Source: Candidatus Heimdallarchaeota archaeon (GTDB lineage: Archaea; Asgardarchaeota; Heimdallarchaeia; JABLTI01). From it: a stretch of DNA of 64,000 nt. Where the stretch lies: the NCBI GenBank assembly GCA_018238155.1, contig JABCTZ010000012.1, positions 29,254-93,253 on the forward strand. The letters run 5' to 3'. Numbering within the stretch: the stretch's first letter is position 1; the number at the start of each line of letters is the position of its first letter. A model generated the notes under the pieces. That model saw only the letters and a list, made by a program, of their open reading frames with translations, was not told the origin of the DNA and ran no database searches. The translations under genes and the position numbers were made by a program. Below, one piece after another: positions 55,289 through 64,000 of the stretch.

Positions 55289-55822
55289 ATGACTGATTTG
55301 AAAACCCAAAGAAATATCGCAGCAGATATCCTTGGTATAGGAGTAAACAGAGTCTATATTGATCCTGATGCTGCTGATGAGGTTCAAATGGCACTCACTA
55401 GAAGAGATATTCGAGCTCTAATTCACAGTGGTGTTATTAAAGCCAGAAAAATTCAGGGTATTAGCAGAGGTAGAGCAAGAGAACTCCATATCAAACGTAT
55501 TAGAGGTCAAAGACGAGGACATGGTAGCCGTAAAGGAAGAAAAACCGCTCGTTCAGACATGAGACGAGATTGGATAAATCGAATACGAAAACAACGTGCC
55601 TATCTAAAAGCTCTCAGAGATAAAAATTTCCTCGATAAAGCAACTTATCGAATATTATATCGTCGAGCTAAAGGTGGTATGTTCCGTTCTGCGAATTATT
55701 TGAGAATGTACATTCAAGATAACAGAATGTCTAAGAGAAAATTACCTGAAGTAGATTCAGTAATGCGTGAACTCCGTTTATCTAAATCGGAGTATGTTAA
55801 AAATGAACAAAGGAGTACGTGA
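55289..55822 (+). CDS. rpl19e: Ribosomal protein eL19
   Basis: QRNIAADIL, TRRDIRALI, RRGHGSRKG, WINRIR, YRRAKGG. Confidence 0.96.
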   Translation: MTDLKTQRNIAADILGIGVNRVYIDPDAADEVQMALTRRDIRALIHSGVIKARKIQGISRGRARELHIKRIRGQRRGHGSRKGRKTARSDMRRDWINRIRKQRAYLKALRDKNFLDKATYRILYRRAKGGMFRSANYLRMYIQDNRMSKRKLPEVDSVMRELRLSKSEYVKNEQRST

Positions 55823-55827
55823 AGAAA

Positions 55828-56682
55828 ATGGCGAAAAGTGCAAGTTACCACGTTCCTTTCAGAAGAAGAAGAGAAGGTAAAACTAACTTTCGGAGAAGAA
55901 AACGTCTTCTCAGATCAGACAAGCCAAGAATGATTGTAAGACGATCAAATAAACATGTTCGTGTTAGTATCATTGGTGCTAAAGTCATTGGTGATGTAAC
56001 TTTGGTTGATGCAAGTTCCCAACATCTAAAGGAATATGGTTGGAAAGGCGCAACAAGTAATCTTCCATCAGCATATTTGACTGGATATTTAGCAGGGAAA
56101 TATGCTCAAACAGTTGGAGTGAAAGAAGCGATTCTTGATATTGGTATCAATTCAATTAGAAAAGCAACCAGAGTTTCCGCTATGTTATGTGGTGCAATTG
56201 CATCTGGGATGGATATCCCACATAATCCTTCTGTCTTCCCAGAAGAAGATAGATATACCGGTAAACACATTGTTGACTTTGCTGTTAAGTTGAAGAAAGA
56301 AAGTGCAAAGAAATATGATTTGCAATTCTCTGAATACAAGAAACGTTCAGCAAAACCAGAAAGCTTACCTACTTATTTCAAAGCTGTTATTAAAGCAATA
56401 AATGCCGAATTTGCTTCTGGAGCAATGAAAGCCAAACTAAAAAATCGTACTAAAAAGAATAGACTTCCCACAACACCCAAGAAAAAAGCGGCAAAGAAAC
56501 TTGCTACTAAACCAAAGACTTCTACTACAACAAAGAAAGCTGCCACAAAACCAAAGACTTCTACTACAACAAAGAAAGCTACAAGTACGACAAAGAAAAC
56601 GAGCACAACAGCTAAGAAAAGTTCTTCTTCAGCAGGAAAGACAACAGCTAAGAAAGGAACCACAACAAAATCTAAGAAGTGA
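55828..56682 (+). CDS. rpl18: Ribosomal protein uL18 with K/T/A-rich C-terminal tail
   Basis: FRRRREGKT, SNLPSAYLTG, ILDIG, GKHI; ~85-aa low-complexity tail. Confidence 0.95.
   Translation: MAKSASYHVPFRRRREGKTNFRRRKRLLRSDKPRMIVRRSNKHVRVSIIGAKVIGDVTLVDASSQHLKEYGWKGATSNLPSAYLTGYLAGKYAQTVGVKEAILDIGINSIRKATRVSAMLCGAIASGMDIPHNPSVFPEEDRYTGKHIVDFAVKLKKESAKKYDLQFSEYKKRSAKPESLPTYFKAVIKAINAEFASGAMKAKLKNRTKKNRLPTTPKKKAAKKLATKPKTSTTTKKAATKPKTSTTTKKATSTTKKTSTTAKKSSSSAGKTTAKKGTTTKSKK
56509..56580 (+). repeat. Exact 33-nt direct repeat (39-nt period) in the uL18 tail
   Basis: AAACCAAAGACTTCTACTACAACAAAGAAAGCT at 56509-56541 and 56548-56580 (KPKTSTTTKKA twice). Confidence 0.9.
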
Positions 56683-56688
56683 TAGAAA

Positions 56689-57309
56689 ATGTCAACATCA
56701 AATGAATGGCAACCAAAAACCAAACTTGGTAAACTGGTCAAAAACGGAGAAATAACTTCCATCCATGAAATCTTCCAACAATCTTTAAAGATTAGTGAAG
56801 AACAAATCATTGATACTTTAGTCTCTAACTTAGAGGATGAAGTTATTAACATAAATCTCGTTCAAAGACAAACCGATGCTGGTGAAAAATCAAGATTCAA
56901 AGCTTGTGTTGCCGTAGGAAATAAAAATGGTTTAGTTGGTATCGGTGAAGCCAAAACAAAGGAAATTGGTCCTGCAATTAGGAAAGCAATTAGTGCTGCA
57001 AAACTAAACCTAGCGCCAGTTAGAAGAGGTTGTGGCTCATGGGAATGTTCCTGTAACGATCCACACAGTATTCCATTCAAAGTTAGAGGTAAAACTGGTA
57101 ATTGTGAAATAGTTGCAAAACCAGCTCCAAAAGGTTTAGGCCTTGCTTCTGGAAATGTAGGCAAGATAGTATTCGAGCTTGCGGGAATAACTGATATCTG
57201 GACCAAAACTAGAGGTGAAACAAGAACCACCGCTAATTATGCTAAAGCCACTTTTGACTGCTTAAAAAGCACCTATAAAGTGAACACGCCAAGAGATTGG
57301 GGTAGATAA
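56689..57309 (+). CDS. rps5: Ribosomal protein uS5
   Basis: WQPKTKLG, QRQTDAG, RRGCGSWEC, PAPKGLGL, GETRTT. Confidence 0.97.
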   Translation: MSTSNEWQPKTKLGKLVKNGEITSIHEIFQQSLKISEEQIIDTLVSNLEDEVININLVQRQTDAGEKSRFKACVAVGNKNGLVGIGEAKTKEIGPAIRKAISAAKLNLAPVRRGCGSWECSCNDPHSIPFKVRGKTGNCEIVAKPAPKGLGLASGNVGKIVFELAGITDIWTKTRGETRTTANYAKATFDCLKSTYKVNTPRDWGR

Positions 57310-57332
57310 TACATTAAGGACGTGTAAAAGAA

Positions 57333-57812
57333 ATGTCAAAAACAAATCAAGGGTTAATAGCTGTCATCCGAATAAGAGGACAAGTTGATCAACCAAAAGG
57401 CGTCAAACATGGCTTAAATCTACTAAGTCTAAATAGAGTAATGAATGCAGTAGTTGTTCCTAATGATTCAACTCATGTTGGAATGATGCAACAGCTAAAA
57501 GATGCAGTCACTTGGGGCGAAATCGATAAGAAAACTCTAACTGCTCTTATTAAGAAACGTGGTAGAATTATCGGCAATAAAAAGATTGATATCAAATACC
57601 TTAAAGAACAAAAGTTTGATTCAATGGCTGCATTTATCACAGCAATCTATGATGGCAAAGCAGATATGCGACGAATCGAAGGATTAAAACCACTCTTTCG
57701 TTTACATCCACCAAGAAAAGGTTTCAAATCAGTCAAAAACCCAATTACTCGTGGTGGCGATTTAGGCTATAGAGGAGATAAGATAAACGCTCTCCTTCTA
57801 AGGATGCTGTAA
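57333..57812 (+). CDS. rpl30: Ribosomal protein uL30
   Basis: AVIRIRG, VTWGE, FRLHPPRKG, GYRG.KIN.LL.RM. Confidence 0.96.
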   Translation: MSKTNQGLIAVIRIRGQVDQPKGVKHGLNLLSLNRVMNAVVVPNDSTHVGMMQQLKDAVTWGEIDKKTLTALIKKRGRIIGNKKIDIKYLKEQKFDSMAAFITAIYDGKADMRRIEGLKPLFRLHPPRKGFKSVKNPITRGGDLGYRGDKINALLLRML

Positions 57813-57831
57813 TTCCGTGAGGGAAAACTGA

Positions 57832-58269
57832 ATGGTACAAAGATTTAGACGAAAAGTCAGAAAACATCGTGGTAGTATGCATCATGGTTGGGGTATCCAA
57901 AAAGGACACAAAAAGGCCGGCAGTAGAGGCGGAGTCGGAAAATCTGGTGGAGATCGCCATCAATGGATGCAGTCTATAGTAAATGGTAAAGTCTATGGTA
58001 AACAAGGTTTTGTTAGACCACCAAGAGCTTCACCTCATACAAAAGCAATGAACATCGGTGACATTACTGATAAGATAGATATGCTTATCGCAAAAGGCAT
58101 TGCAACGAAAAAAGGCACTGAAATTACTGTAGATATCACAAAAATGGATGTAACAAAAATCCTTAGTAAAGGACATGCAAAGAAAATGACTATTATTGCT
58201 CAATCATTCTCTGCATCTGCAAAAGCTAAAATCGAAAAAGCTGGCGGAAAAGCAAAAATAGCTTCATAA
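57832..58269 (+). CDS. rpl15: Ribosomal protein uL15
   Basis: RGSMHHGWG, AGSRGG.G, GKQGF, FSASAKAKIEKAGG. Confidence 0.96.
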   Translation: MVQRFRRKVRKHRGSMHHGWGIQKGHKKAGSRGGVGKSGGDRHQWMQSIVNGKVYGKQGFVRPPRASPHTKAMNIGDITDKIDMLIAKGIATKKGTEITVDITKMDVTKILSKGHAKKMTIIAQSFSASAKAKIEKAGGKAKIAS

Positions 58270-58283
58270 TCAAATAACAAATG

Positions 58284-58325
58284 ATCTCCGGTATTATCGG
58301 AGATTCAACTCTATTTTTTTCTATA
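58284..58325 (+). terminator. Hairpin plus U-tract ending the ribosomal operon
   Basis: ATCTCCGGT-ATT-ATCGGAGAT stem followed by TTTTTTT. Confidence 0.6.
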
Positions 58326-58487
58326 TCTAACAAAGTTTTTGAAATGGTTTTTCCACTAGAATAATAATTGGTACATAAAAACAGCCATTTTTAGTAAGAA
58401 AAAAATGACAGTAAAGCTAAAAAAGAAGTAATTTCTGAAAAGAATAGGAAATAATTTCATTGATAATAACAATGTGTGTGAAAAATC

Positions 58488-61247
58488 TTGTCTGTAGATA
58501 TTAATAAATTAAAAGATGAAATCAGAAAAAAATCTAAAGATAATCCTGAGAAATTTTACCCTGTAAATTCGCTACAAGAATTAGGATTCAGTAGAGGAAT
58601 TTGTATTCATTGTGGTAAACCTTTTTGGGCTATCGCAGAAAGAGATTTTTGTGATGAACCTGAATGTCGTCTTAAGAGTGGTCTTATGCCATATGGCTTT
58701 ATTAATGATCCACCATCAACTAAACGATTTAATTATACTGAAACTTGGAAGAATGCTTGGGTACCCATTTTTGAAAAACATGGACATTCAGTTATACCAA
58801 GGTATCCAATAGTTGCACGTTGGAGAGATGATACTGATTTTGTTCAAGCTTCTGTGTATGGTTTTCAACCACATGTCGTAAGTGGTGAAGTTGATCCTCC
58901 TGCTAATCCGGTACTAATTCCTCAACCTTGTCTGAGATTTAATGACATAGATAATGTTGGTTTATCTGGCAGGCATTTTACATCCTTTGTAATGGTTGGT
59001 GAGCTGGTCTTCAATAAACCAAAGAAATTTATCTATTTTATGGATGATGGAATAAAATACATTCACGATTATTTAACCACAGGTCTTGGAATAAAACCAC
59101 AAGAAATAGTTTACCATGAGGATGCATGGGGCGGTGGAGGAAATCTTGGTAGCTCAATGGAATTCTTCATACGTGGATTAGAAGTTGGCAATCAAGTTTA
59201 TATGACTTACAAAGTAGAACCAAATGGCAGATATTCCAAATTATCTACTACTGTTATTGATATGGGTGCGGGATTAGGTCGTTCTACTTGGCTTATAAAT
59301 GGTACTCCAACTCAATATGAAACCAACTTTGATACTGTGCTACCAAAAGTACTCAAAAAAGTAGGTTTTAAACCCGATCAATCTTTATGGGAAAAATATG
59401 CTCGATTTAGTGGAGTGCTTAATTATCTCGAGACTGATGTTGCAAGTGTTTGGGTTGATGTGGCTAAAGCATTGAATACCGATCCTAATATTTTGAAAGC
59501 CGAAATACAACCTATGAAAGCTATATACTCTGTTATTGATCACACAAGAACTCTTCTCTGGGCAATTTCTGATGGTGCATTGCCTTCAAACGTAGGTGGT
59601 GGATATAATCTCCGTTTCTTACTCAGAAGAGCTTGGTCAATAGTTGCTGAAAATGATTGGAATCTCGATTTGTTTGATCTTATTGATTGGCATATGGATG
59701 ATTTAAAGGAACTCTTTCCAGGTTACGCAAAACATGGTGATACTGTTAAAGAAGTATTTGAAGTTGAATACACGCGTTATAAAGCAACAAAAAAGAAGGG
59801 GATGAAAATTCTCAAGAAGAAATTGGAGTCTTCTAAATCAATTTCTGTTGATGAATTAGTTACTCTCTATGATTCTAATGGTATTGTCCCTGAAATGCTT
59901 GTTGAAGTATCAAAAGAGCTAGGTAAAGAAGTAAGAATCCCGGATGACTTTTACAGCAGATTACATGACATCCATGAAAAAACAAGCAAAATAAAACCAT
60001 TAGCCACACAAGGTGATTACAAAATACCTGAAGGCTTACCTGATACAATCATAAATTATGATGATCTGAATTTCGAGGGAGAAGTTTTGTGGCAAAAGGA
60101 TGACTTAATTGTCTTAAAGAAAACCGGCTTTTATCCTACCTCTGGCGGACAATTGCATGACCTTGGTTCAATTGATGGTATTACTCTTAAAGAAGTTAGA
60201 AAAGTAGGTGCAGTTGTTGTTCATGTTCTTGAGAAGCCACGCTCGATAAAAAAGAAAGAAGTTCGTTGCTCAGTAGATGTTTATAGAAGAACTATCCTAA
60301 TGCGTCATCATACAGCAACTCATATCATTAATGCTGCTGCAAGAGAAGTTCTAGGTACTCATGTATGGCAAGCAGGTGCAGAGAAAACATTGGAAAAGGG
60401 TCGATTGGATATTACTCATTTTGATTCCCTATCTAGAGAACAGATGATTGCAATTGAGAAACGATCAAATGAAATTGTTTACTTGAATTTTCCTGTTACA
60501 ATTGAAGTATTACCTCGAGATGTCGCAGAGCAAAGATATGGTTTTACCATTTATCAGGGTGGAGCTATTCCTGAGAAGAATCTACGGATAGTTGCAATTG
60601 ATGATATTGATATTGAATGTTGCAGTGGGACTCACACAAAAAGAACGGGTGATGTAGGTCCTATTGTTCTTTTAAGTTCAGAAAGAATTCAAGATGGTAT
60701 CGTTCGATTGGAATTTGTTTCTGGTGAAACAGCGGTTAATACACTTCAAAGAAGAAATCAAATTGTTCAAGAAACACTAGATTTGTGGGGTATTGATCTT
60801 CCTGCTTTGCCCGCAACAGCTCAACGATTCTTTAATGAATGGAAAGCACAGAAAAAAGAACTTCTTGAAATAAAGAAAGGAAAAGCTTCACTGGAATCTG
60901 AATTATTAGAAAAGAAAATGGTTTCTGTTGGAAAGGTAAAATTACTTGCTGAAAAACTAACCGGTGATGTAGAATATCTCAGCCAATTAATATTTGCTTT
61001 AACAGCTAAGAACGAAGATCTAGTAATATTACTTATTGATGAAGAATCCCTTTTCATGGCTATTGGTGCAGGAAAGAAAGCAGCAACCATTTTTTCAAGT
61101 AGCAATCTTCTGAAAGAAACAGCCAAAGTTATGGGTGGATCTGGTGGTGGGAAACCCAATTTTGCAAGAGGAAGTGGAAAAGAATCCAAGAAAATACCTG
61201 AAGCAATAGCAAAATTCAAACGACTTGTAGAGTCTAAAAAAAGTTGA
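58488..61247 (+). CDS. alaS: Alanine--tRNA ligase (archaeal type)
   Basis: CIHCGKPFW, YPIVARWRDD, QPCLRF.DIDNVG, GRHFTSF, HTATH, CSGTH, GGSGGG; TTG start. Confidence 0.97.
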   Translation: MSVDINKLKDEIRKKSKDNPEKFYPVNSLQELGFSRGICIHCGKPFWAIAERDFCDEPECRLKSGLMPYGFINDPPSTKRFNYTETWKNAWVPIFEKHGHSVIPRYPIVARWRDDTDFVQASVYGFQPHVVSGEVDPPANPVLIPQPCLRFNDIDNVGLSGRHFTSFVMVGELVFNKPKKFIYFMDDGIKYIHDYLTTGLGIKPQEIVYHEDAWGGGGNLGSSMEFFIRGLEVGNQVYMTYKVEPNGRYSKLSTTVIDMGAGLGRSTWLINGTPTQYETNFDTVLPKVLKKVGFKPDQSLWEKYARFSGVLNYLETDVASVWVDVAKALNTDPNILKAEIQPMKAIYSVIDHTRTLLWAISDGALPSNVGGGYNLRFLLRRAWSIVAENDWNLDLFDLIDWHMDDLKELFPGYAKHGDTVKEVFEVEYTRYKATKKKGMKILKKKLESSKSISVDELVTLYDSNGIVPEMLVEVSKELGKEVRIPDDFYSRLHDIHEKTSKIKPLATQGDYKIPEGLPDTIINYDDLNFEGEVLWQKDDLIVLKKTGFYPTSGGQLHDLGSIDGITLKEVRKVGAVVVHVLEKPRSIKKKEVRCSVDVYRRTILMRHHTATHIINAAAREVLGTHVWQAGAEKTLEKGRLDITHFDSLSREQMIAIEKRSNEIVYLNFPVTIEVLPRDVAEQRYGFTIYQGGAIPEKNLRIVAIDDIDIECCSGTHTKRTGDVGPIVLLSSERIQDGIVRLEFVSGETAVNTLQRRNQIVQETLDLWGIDLPALPATAQRFFNEWKAQKKELLEIKKGKASLESELLEKKMVSVGKVKLLAEKLTGDVEYLSQLIFALTAKNEDLVILLIDEESLFMAIGAGKKAATIFSSSNLLKETAKVMGGSGGGKPNFARGSGKESKKIPEAIAKFKRLVESKKS

Positions 61248-61284
61248 AAAAATAAGTTAAGGATAAAGTGAACTCTTTCAAGTT

Positions 61285-62358
61285 TCACTTTATTTCTACT
61301 GCTTTTCCGGTCTTTGCTGCTTCAATTGCAGCTTCTATACATCTAACAGCATCAGTTCCTTCCACATCTGAAACTAATGGTTTCTTTCTGGAAACAATAC
61401 AGCTGAGAAAATCTTTGTCTTCAAGATAGAGGGGCTCTTGATCTTTTCCAGTAGCAAGATAGTGGTTAGTAACTTCTGTAGCTCGATAAGCTCCAAGATA
61501 TTCTGAGAACGAATTGCTAAGAGAATGCTGTGCGAGACCTTTTTCACTTATTATTGATTGTAAAATGAAATCTAAAGTGACAACATCTTTAGTTGTTTGA
61601 ACAATGAGTTTTCTACGTTTTAAGTTGGGATATGCTCTCCAAGTTGCTCGACAATCAAAGAGAATTGGATTTGTTTCTTGACCTTTGAAACCTTCATACT
61701 CAAAAATAGCAAAGAGCTCTACTTCATAAGGGAAGCCATCGATATAACATGCTGTTGCAGTGACTCTCTTTGGAATCTTACCAAGTAATCCATTAACTAC
61801 ATCTATATCATGTACCATGAAATCATGTCCACAACCAAGATAATTGGAATCCAAATTTTTACCATCCAATTTTTTAGGTCCTGGTCCCACTCTTCGACCT
61901 GTGAGGTGCATAATTTTATCCTCGGTTTTTGCTTCCTCAAGAAGTGATTTCAGAGTAACAACTACTGGATTGTATCTTTCTAAATGTCCTACTTGGATAA
62001 TTCGATTATGTTCTTTAGCTTTTTTGGAAATTTCATTACATTCTTCAACAGTTGGAGCTAATGGCTTTTCACATAAAATGTCACATTGTTCTAAAAGCTT
62101 TATTGCTATTTCTTTGTGAATTTTTGTTGGAATCGCGAGAATTGCACCGGATAAATTCTCTTTTTCAAGCATAACATCAAGATTGTCATATCTATTTTCT
62201 TTGGGAATATTGTTTAAATCACCGATTTTTTTCAAGCGATCTTTATCTGCATCACAGATGACTACTTTGTCACAGAATTTTTCAGAGTGCAGTCGAACTA
62301 CATTTCTAACATGGTTCTTTCCCCATTTCCCTAAACCGATAATAGCAATTGTTTTCAT
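61285..62358 (-). CDS. Gfo/Idh/MocA family NAD(P)-dependent oxidoreductase
   Basis: IIGLGKWGKNH, LCEKP, VGHLERYNP, D..VHDID. Confidence 0.92.
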   Translation of the reverse strand: MKTIAIIGLGKWGKNHVRNVVRLHSEKFCDKVVICDADKDRLKKIGDLNNIPKENRYDNLDVMLEKENLSGAILAIPTKIHKEIAIKLLEQCDILCEKPLAPTVEECNEISKKAKEHNRIIQVGHLERYNPVVVTLKSLLEEAKTEDKIMHLTGRRVGPGPKKLDGKNLDSNYLGCGHDFMVHDIDVVNGLLGKIPKRVTATACYIDGFPYEVELFAIFEYEGFKGQETNPILFDCRATWRAYPNLKRRKLIVQTTKDVVTLDFILQSIISEKGLAQHSLSNSFSEYLGAYRATEVTNHYLATGKDQEPLYLEDKDFLSCIVSRKKPLVSDVEGTDAVRCIEAAIEAAKTGKAVEIK

Positions 62359-62519
62359 TGTAAGGTACCTCTAAAACTATTAGGAATTTTACCATTTTCT
62401 CTTTAAAATTTTCTATACAAACCAAAAAAGGAAAAGAATGCTATTATATTTAAGTAACTATCACTTTAGAATTCGAGTAGCATTTAATAACAAGTCAATG
62501 AATAGTAAATAATGGATGG

Positions 62520-63008
62520 ATGCTAATGGAATATCAATCACCACTCTCACCATATGATGCAATTAAAAAAACAGAGAAATTTTTCACAAAAGAAATCCTT
62601 AATACAATTATTAAAGAAAAACCAATGGGAAAAAAAGATAAACAAATAATCGATATTGGTGTTTCAGGTGGACGATGGGAAATTTTCTGGATGAAAGTCT
62701 ATGCAACTAAAAACCCATTAGGCGGATCTATAATAATAACAAAAGGTCGTTCGGGTTTGAAACAATTATCATTCGCAGCTATTATACTAATGTTATCCGG
62801 ACCTTTCTTTTACTTAGTGCTATCAAACAATGTTTATTGGGCACTTTTGTTTCCAGCCGTGTTTTTTGTGTTGGGTATTCTAAGCATACTTATGCCTATT
62901 ATACGTATACGCTCCACAAATAGGGAATTAAAAGAAGTTTTGACAGGCTCTCGTGATGTTATTAAAGGTGGAAAAGGTTCTTCTTCCTCAACAATAAGAC
63001 TTGAATAA
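62520..63008 (+). CDS. Hypothetical membrane protein (two TM helices)
   Basis: Two hydrophobic segments in the C-terminal half. Confidence 0.65.
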   Translation: MLMEYQSPLSPYDAIKKTEKFFTKEILNTIIKEKPMGKKDKQIIDIGVSGGRWEIFWMKVYATKNPLGGSIIITKGRSGLKQLSFAAIILMLSGPFFYLVLSNNVYWALLFPAVFFVLGILSILMPIIRIRSTNRELKEVLTGSRDVIKGGKGSSSSTIRLE

Positions 63009-63215
63009 TAGATAATTTACATAATATTTGAAAGAATGTTCGGTAACAGAAATAATGATATTCTACCTTATTGTTAATATAAAATAAAAATAATGGAAAA
63101 AGTCCTCTTAGATAAAAATTAAATAAAGAGTAACTGTACAAATAAAGCAAAAAACAAAGTGATAACAATGAAAACCAAAACTGTCGTGAAAAAGTTTTTG
63201 GGAACAGGTAACACA

Positions 63216-63959
63216 ATGGCAAAGTTAACCTTTTACCCAAATAGAAAAAACTATTCGCCAGCAATGAAAGTACGAATTGAAATATACACTGGAAGAAACA
63301 GTGAAGGTGCCTTCGATTGTGGAAGTATTGCTGAAGTTTCTGAAAAAATTCAAAATTTTTACTTAAAGAAGAATGGTCATGATTTAGAAGTAAGACGTTT
63401 AGCTAGGTGGTATATTGAGTACCTTGAAGAAGCTGGGATTGATCCACCTGAATTTAAAAAACTGCTAACAGATATGCTATCTAAACCACATGAGGTAAAA
63501 GCAAGAGAAGGTTCTGCTCAAGCTACACCACAGAAAGTACCAGCAAGTGAAGTCTCTGCTGAAGACGCAACTGAAGAAGTAGCTGAAGAAGTAGCTGAAG
63601 AAGTAGCTGAAGAAGTAGCTGAAGAAGTAGCTGAAGAAGCAGCTGAAGAAGAAGCTGAAGACGCAACTGAAGAAGTAGCTGAAGACGCAACTGAAGAAGA
63701 AGCTGAAGACGCAACTGAAGAAGAAGCTGAAGACGCAACTGAAGAAGTAGCTGAAGAAGTAGCTGAAGAAGTAGCTGAAGAAGTAGCTGAAGAAGCAGCT
63801 GAAGAAGTAGCTGAAGAAGTAGCTGAAGAAGTAGCTGAAGACGCAACTGAAGAAGAAGCTGAAGACGCAACGGAAGAAGAAGCTGAAGACGCAACTGAAG
63901 AAGAAGCTGAAGAAGCAACTGAAGAAGAAGCTGAAGACGGAACTGAAGAAGCAGATTAA
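63216..63959 (+). CDS. Hypothetical protein with a ~90-aa N-domain and long Glu/Ala tandem-repeat tail
   Basis: ATG 63216 follows CAGGT; EEVA and EDATEEEA repeats; the terminal TAA may be an error. Confidence 0.7.
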   Translation: MAKLTFYPNRKNYSPAMKVRIEIYTGRNSEGAFDCGSIAEVSEKIQNFYLKKNGHDLEVRRLARWYIEYLEEAGIDPPEFKKLLTDMLSKPHEVKAREGSAQATPQKVPASEVSAEDATEEVAEEVAEEVAEEVAEEVAEEAAEEEAEDATEEVAEDATEEEAEDATEEEAEDATEEVAEEVAEEVAEEVAEEAAEEVAEEVAEEVAEDATEEEAEDATEEEAEDATEEEAEEATEEEAEDGTEEAD

Positions 63960-64000
63960 GACGAAACTGAAGAAGAAGCTGAAAACAAAACTAAAGAAGA
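63556..64000 (+). repeat. Coding minisatellite of 12-nt (GAAGAAGTAGCT) and 24-nt (GAAGACGCAACTGAAGAAGAAGCT) units
   Basis: Directly visible tandem units running to the window end, degenerating after ~63935. Confidence 0.92.

Noticed and set aside
63523-63918. Minus-strand ORF of LLLQ/LRLQ repeats
   Set aside because: Antisense shadow of the Glu/Ala repeat; no independent start signals.
63556-64000. Tandem repeat considered as a CRISPR array
   Set aside because: Units are contiguous 12/24-nt in-frame coding repeats with no unique spacers.

Overview
AT-rich archaeal chromosome segment, most likely from an Asgard (Heimdallarchaeia-like) archaeon. The lineage is an inference from TACK/eukaryote-type uL14, uL5, uL18 and Sec61-gamma sequences, a longin/uDENN-like protein and a gelsolin-like domain. 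Most of the window is housekeeping: an 18-gene ribosomal block from uL22 to uL15 (17 r-proteins plus rpp29), alaS, pyrG, rio2, ftsZ, secE (missed by the ORF track), spt5, A-type ATP synthase genes split into three pieces (A-B, C-K, I), peptide-fermentation genes (two M32 carboxypeptidases, TldD/TldE, an aminotransferase, IorA/IorB), AglH/GPT, flotillin plus NfeD, a type IV pilin and an HdrC-HdrB-like fusion. No rRNA, tRNA, CRISPR array or IS element was recognised. The best candidate for an undescribed system is the tight cluster at 7.5-14.8 kb. It encodes a protein resembling a catalytically dead CARF/HEPN (TIGR02710/Csm6-like) protein, a complete Dna2-type Fe-S nuclease-SF1 helicase and a tandem winged-helix protein with a Cys cluster, followed by a TrmB-type regulator whose short linker helix is expanded to ~550 residues of coiled coil. 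Other notable items: a longin/uDENN-gelsolin-like fusion, histone-H1-like tails on three ribosomal proteins, a structured ~220-nt leader ahead of the ribosomal operon, mutually exclusive hairpins in the pilin leader, and recurrent hairpin-plus-U-tract 3' ends. All family assignments are from motif recognition by eye; no searches were run.
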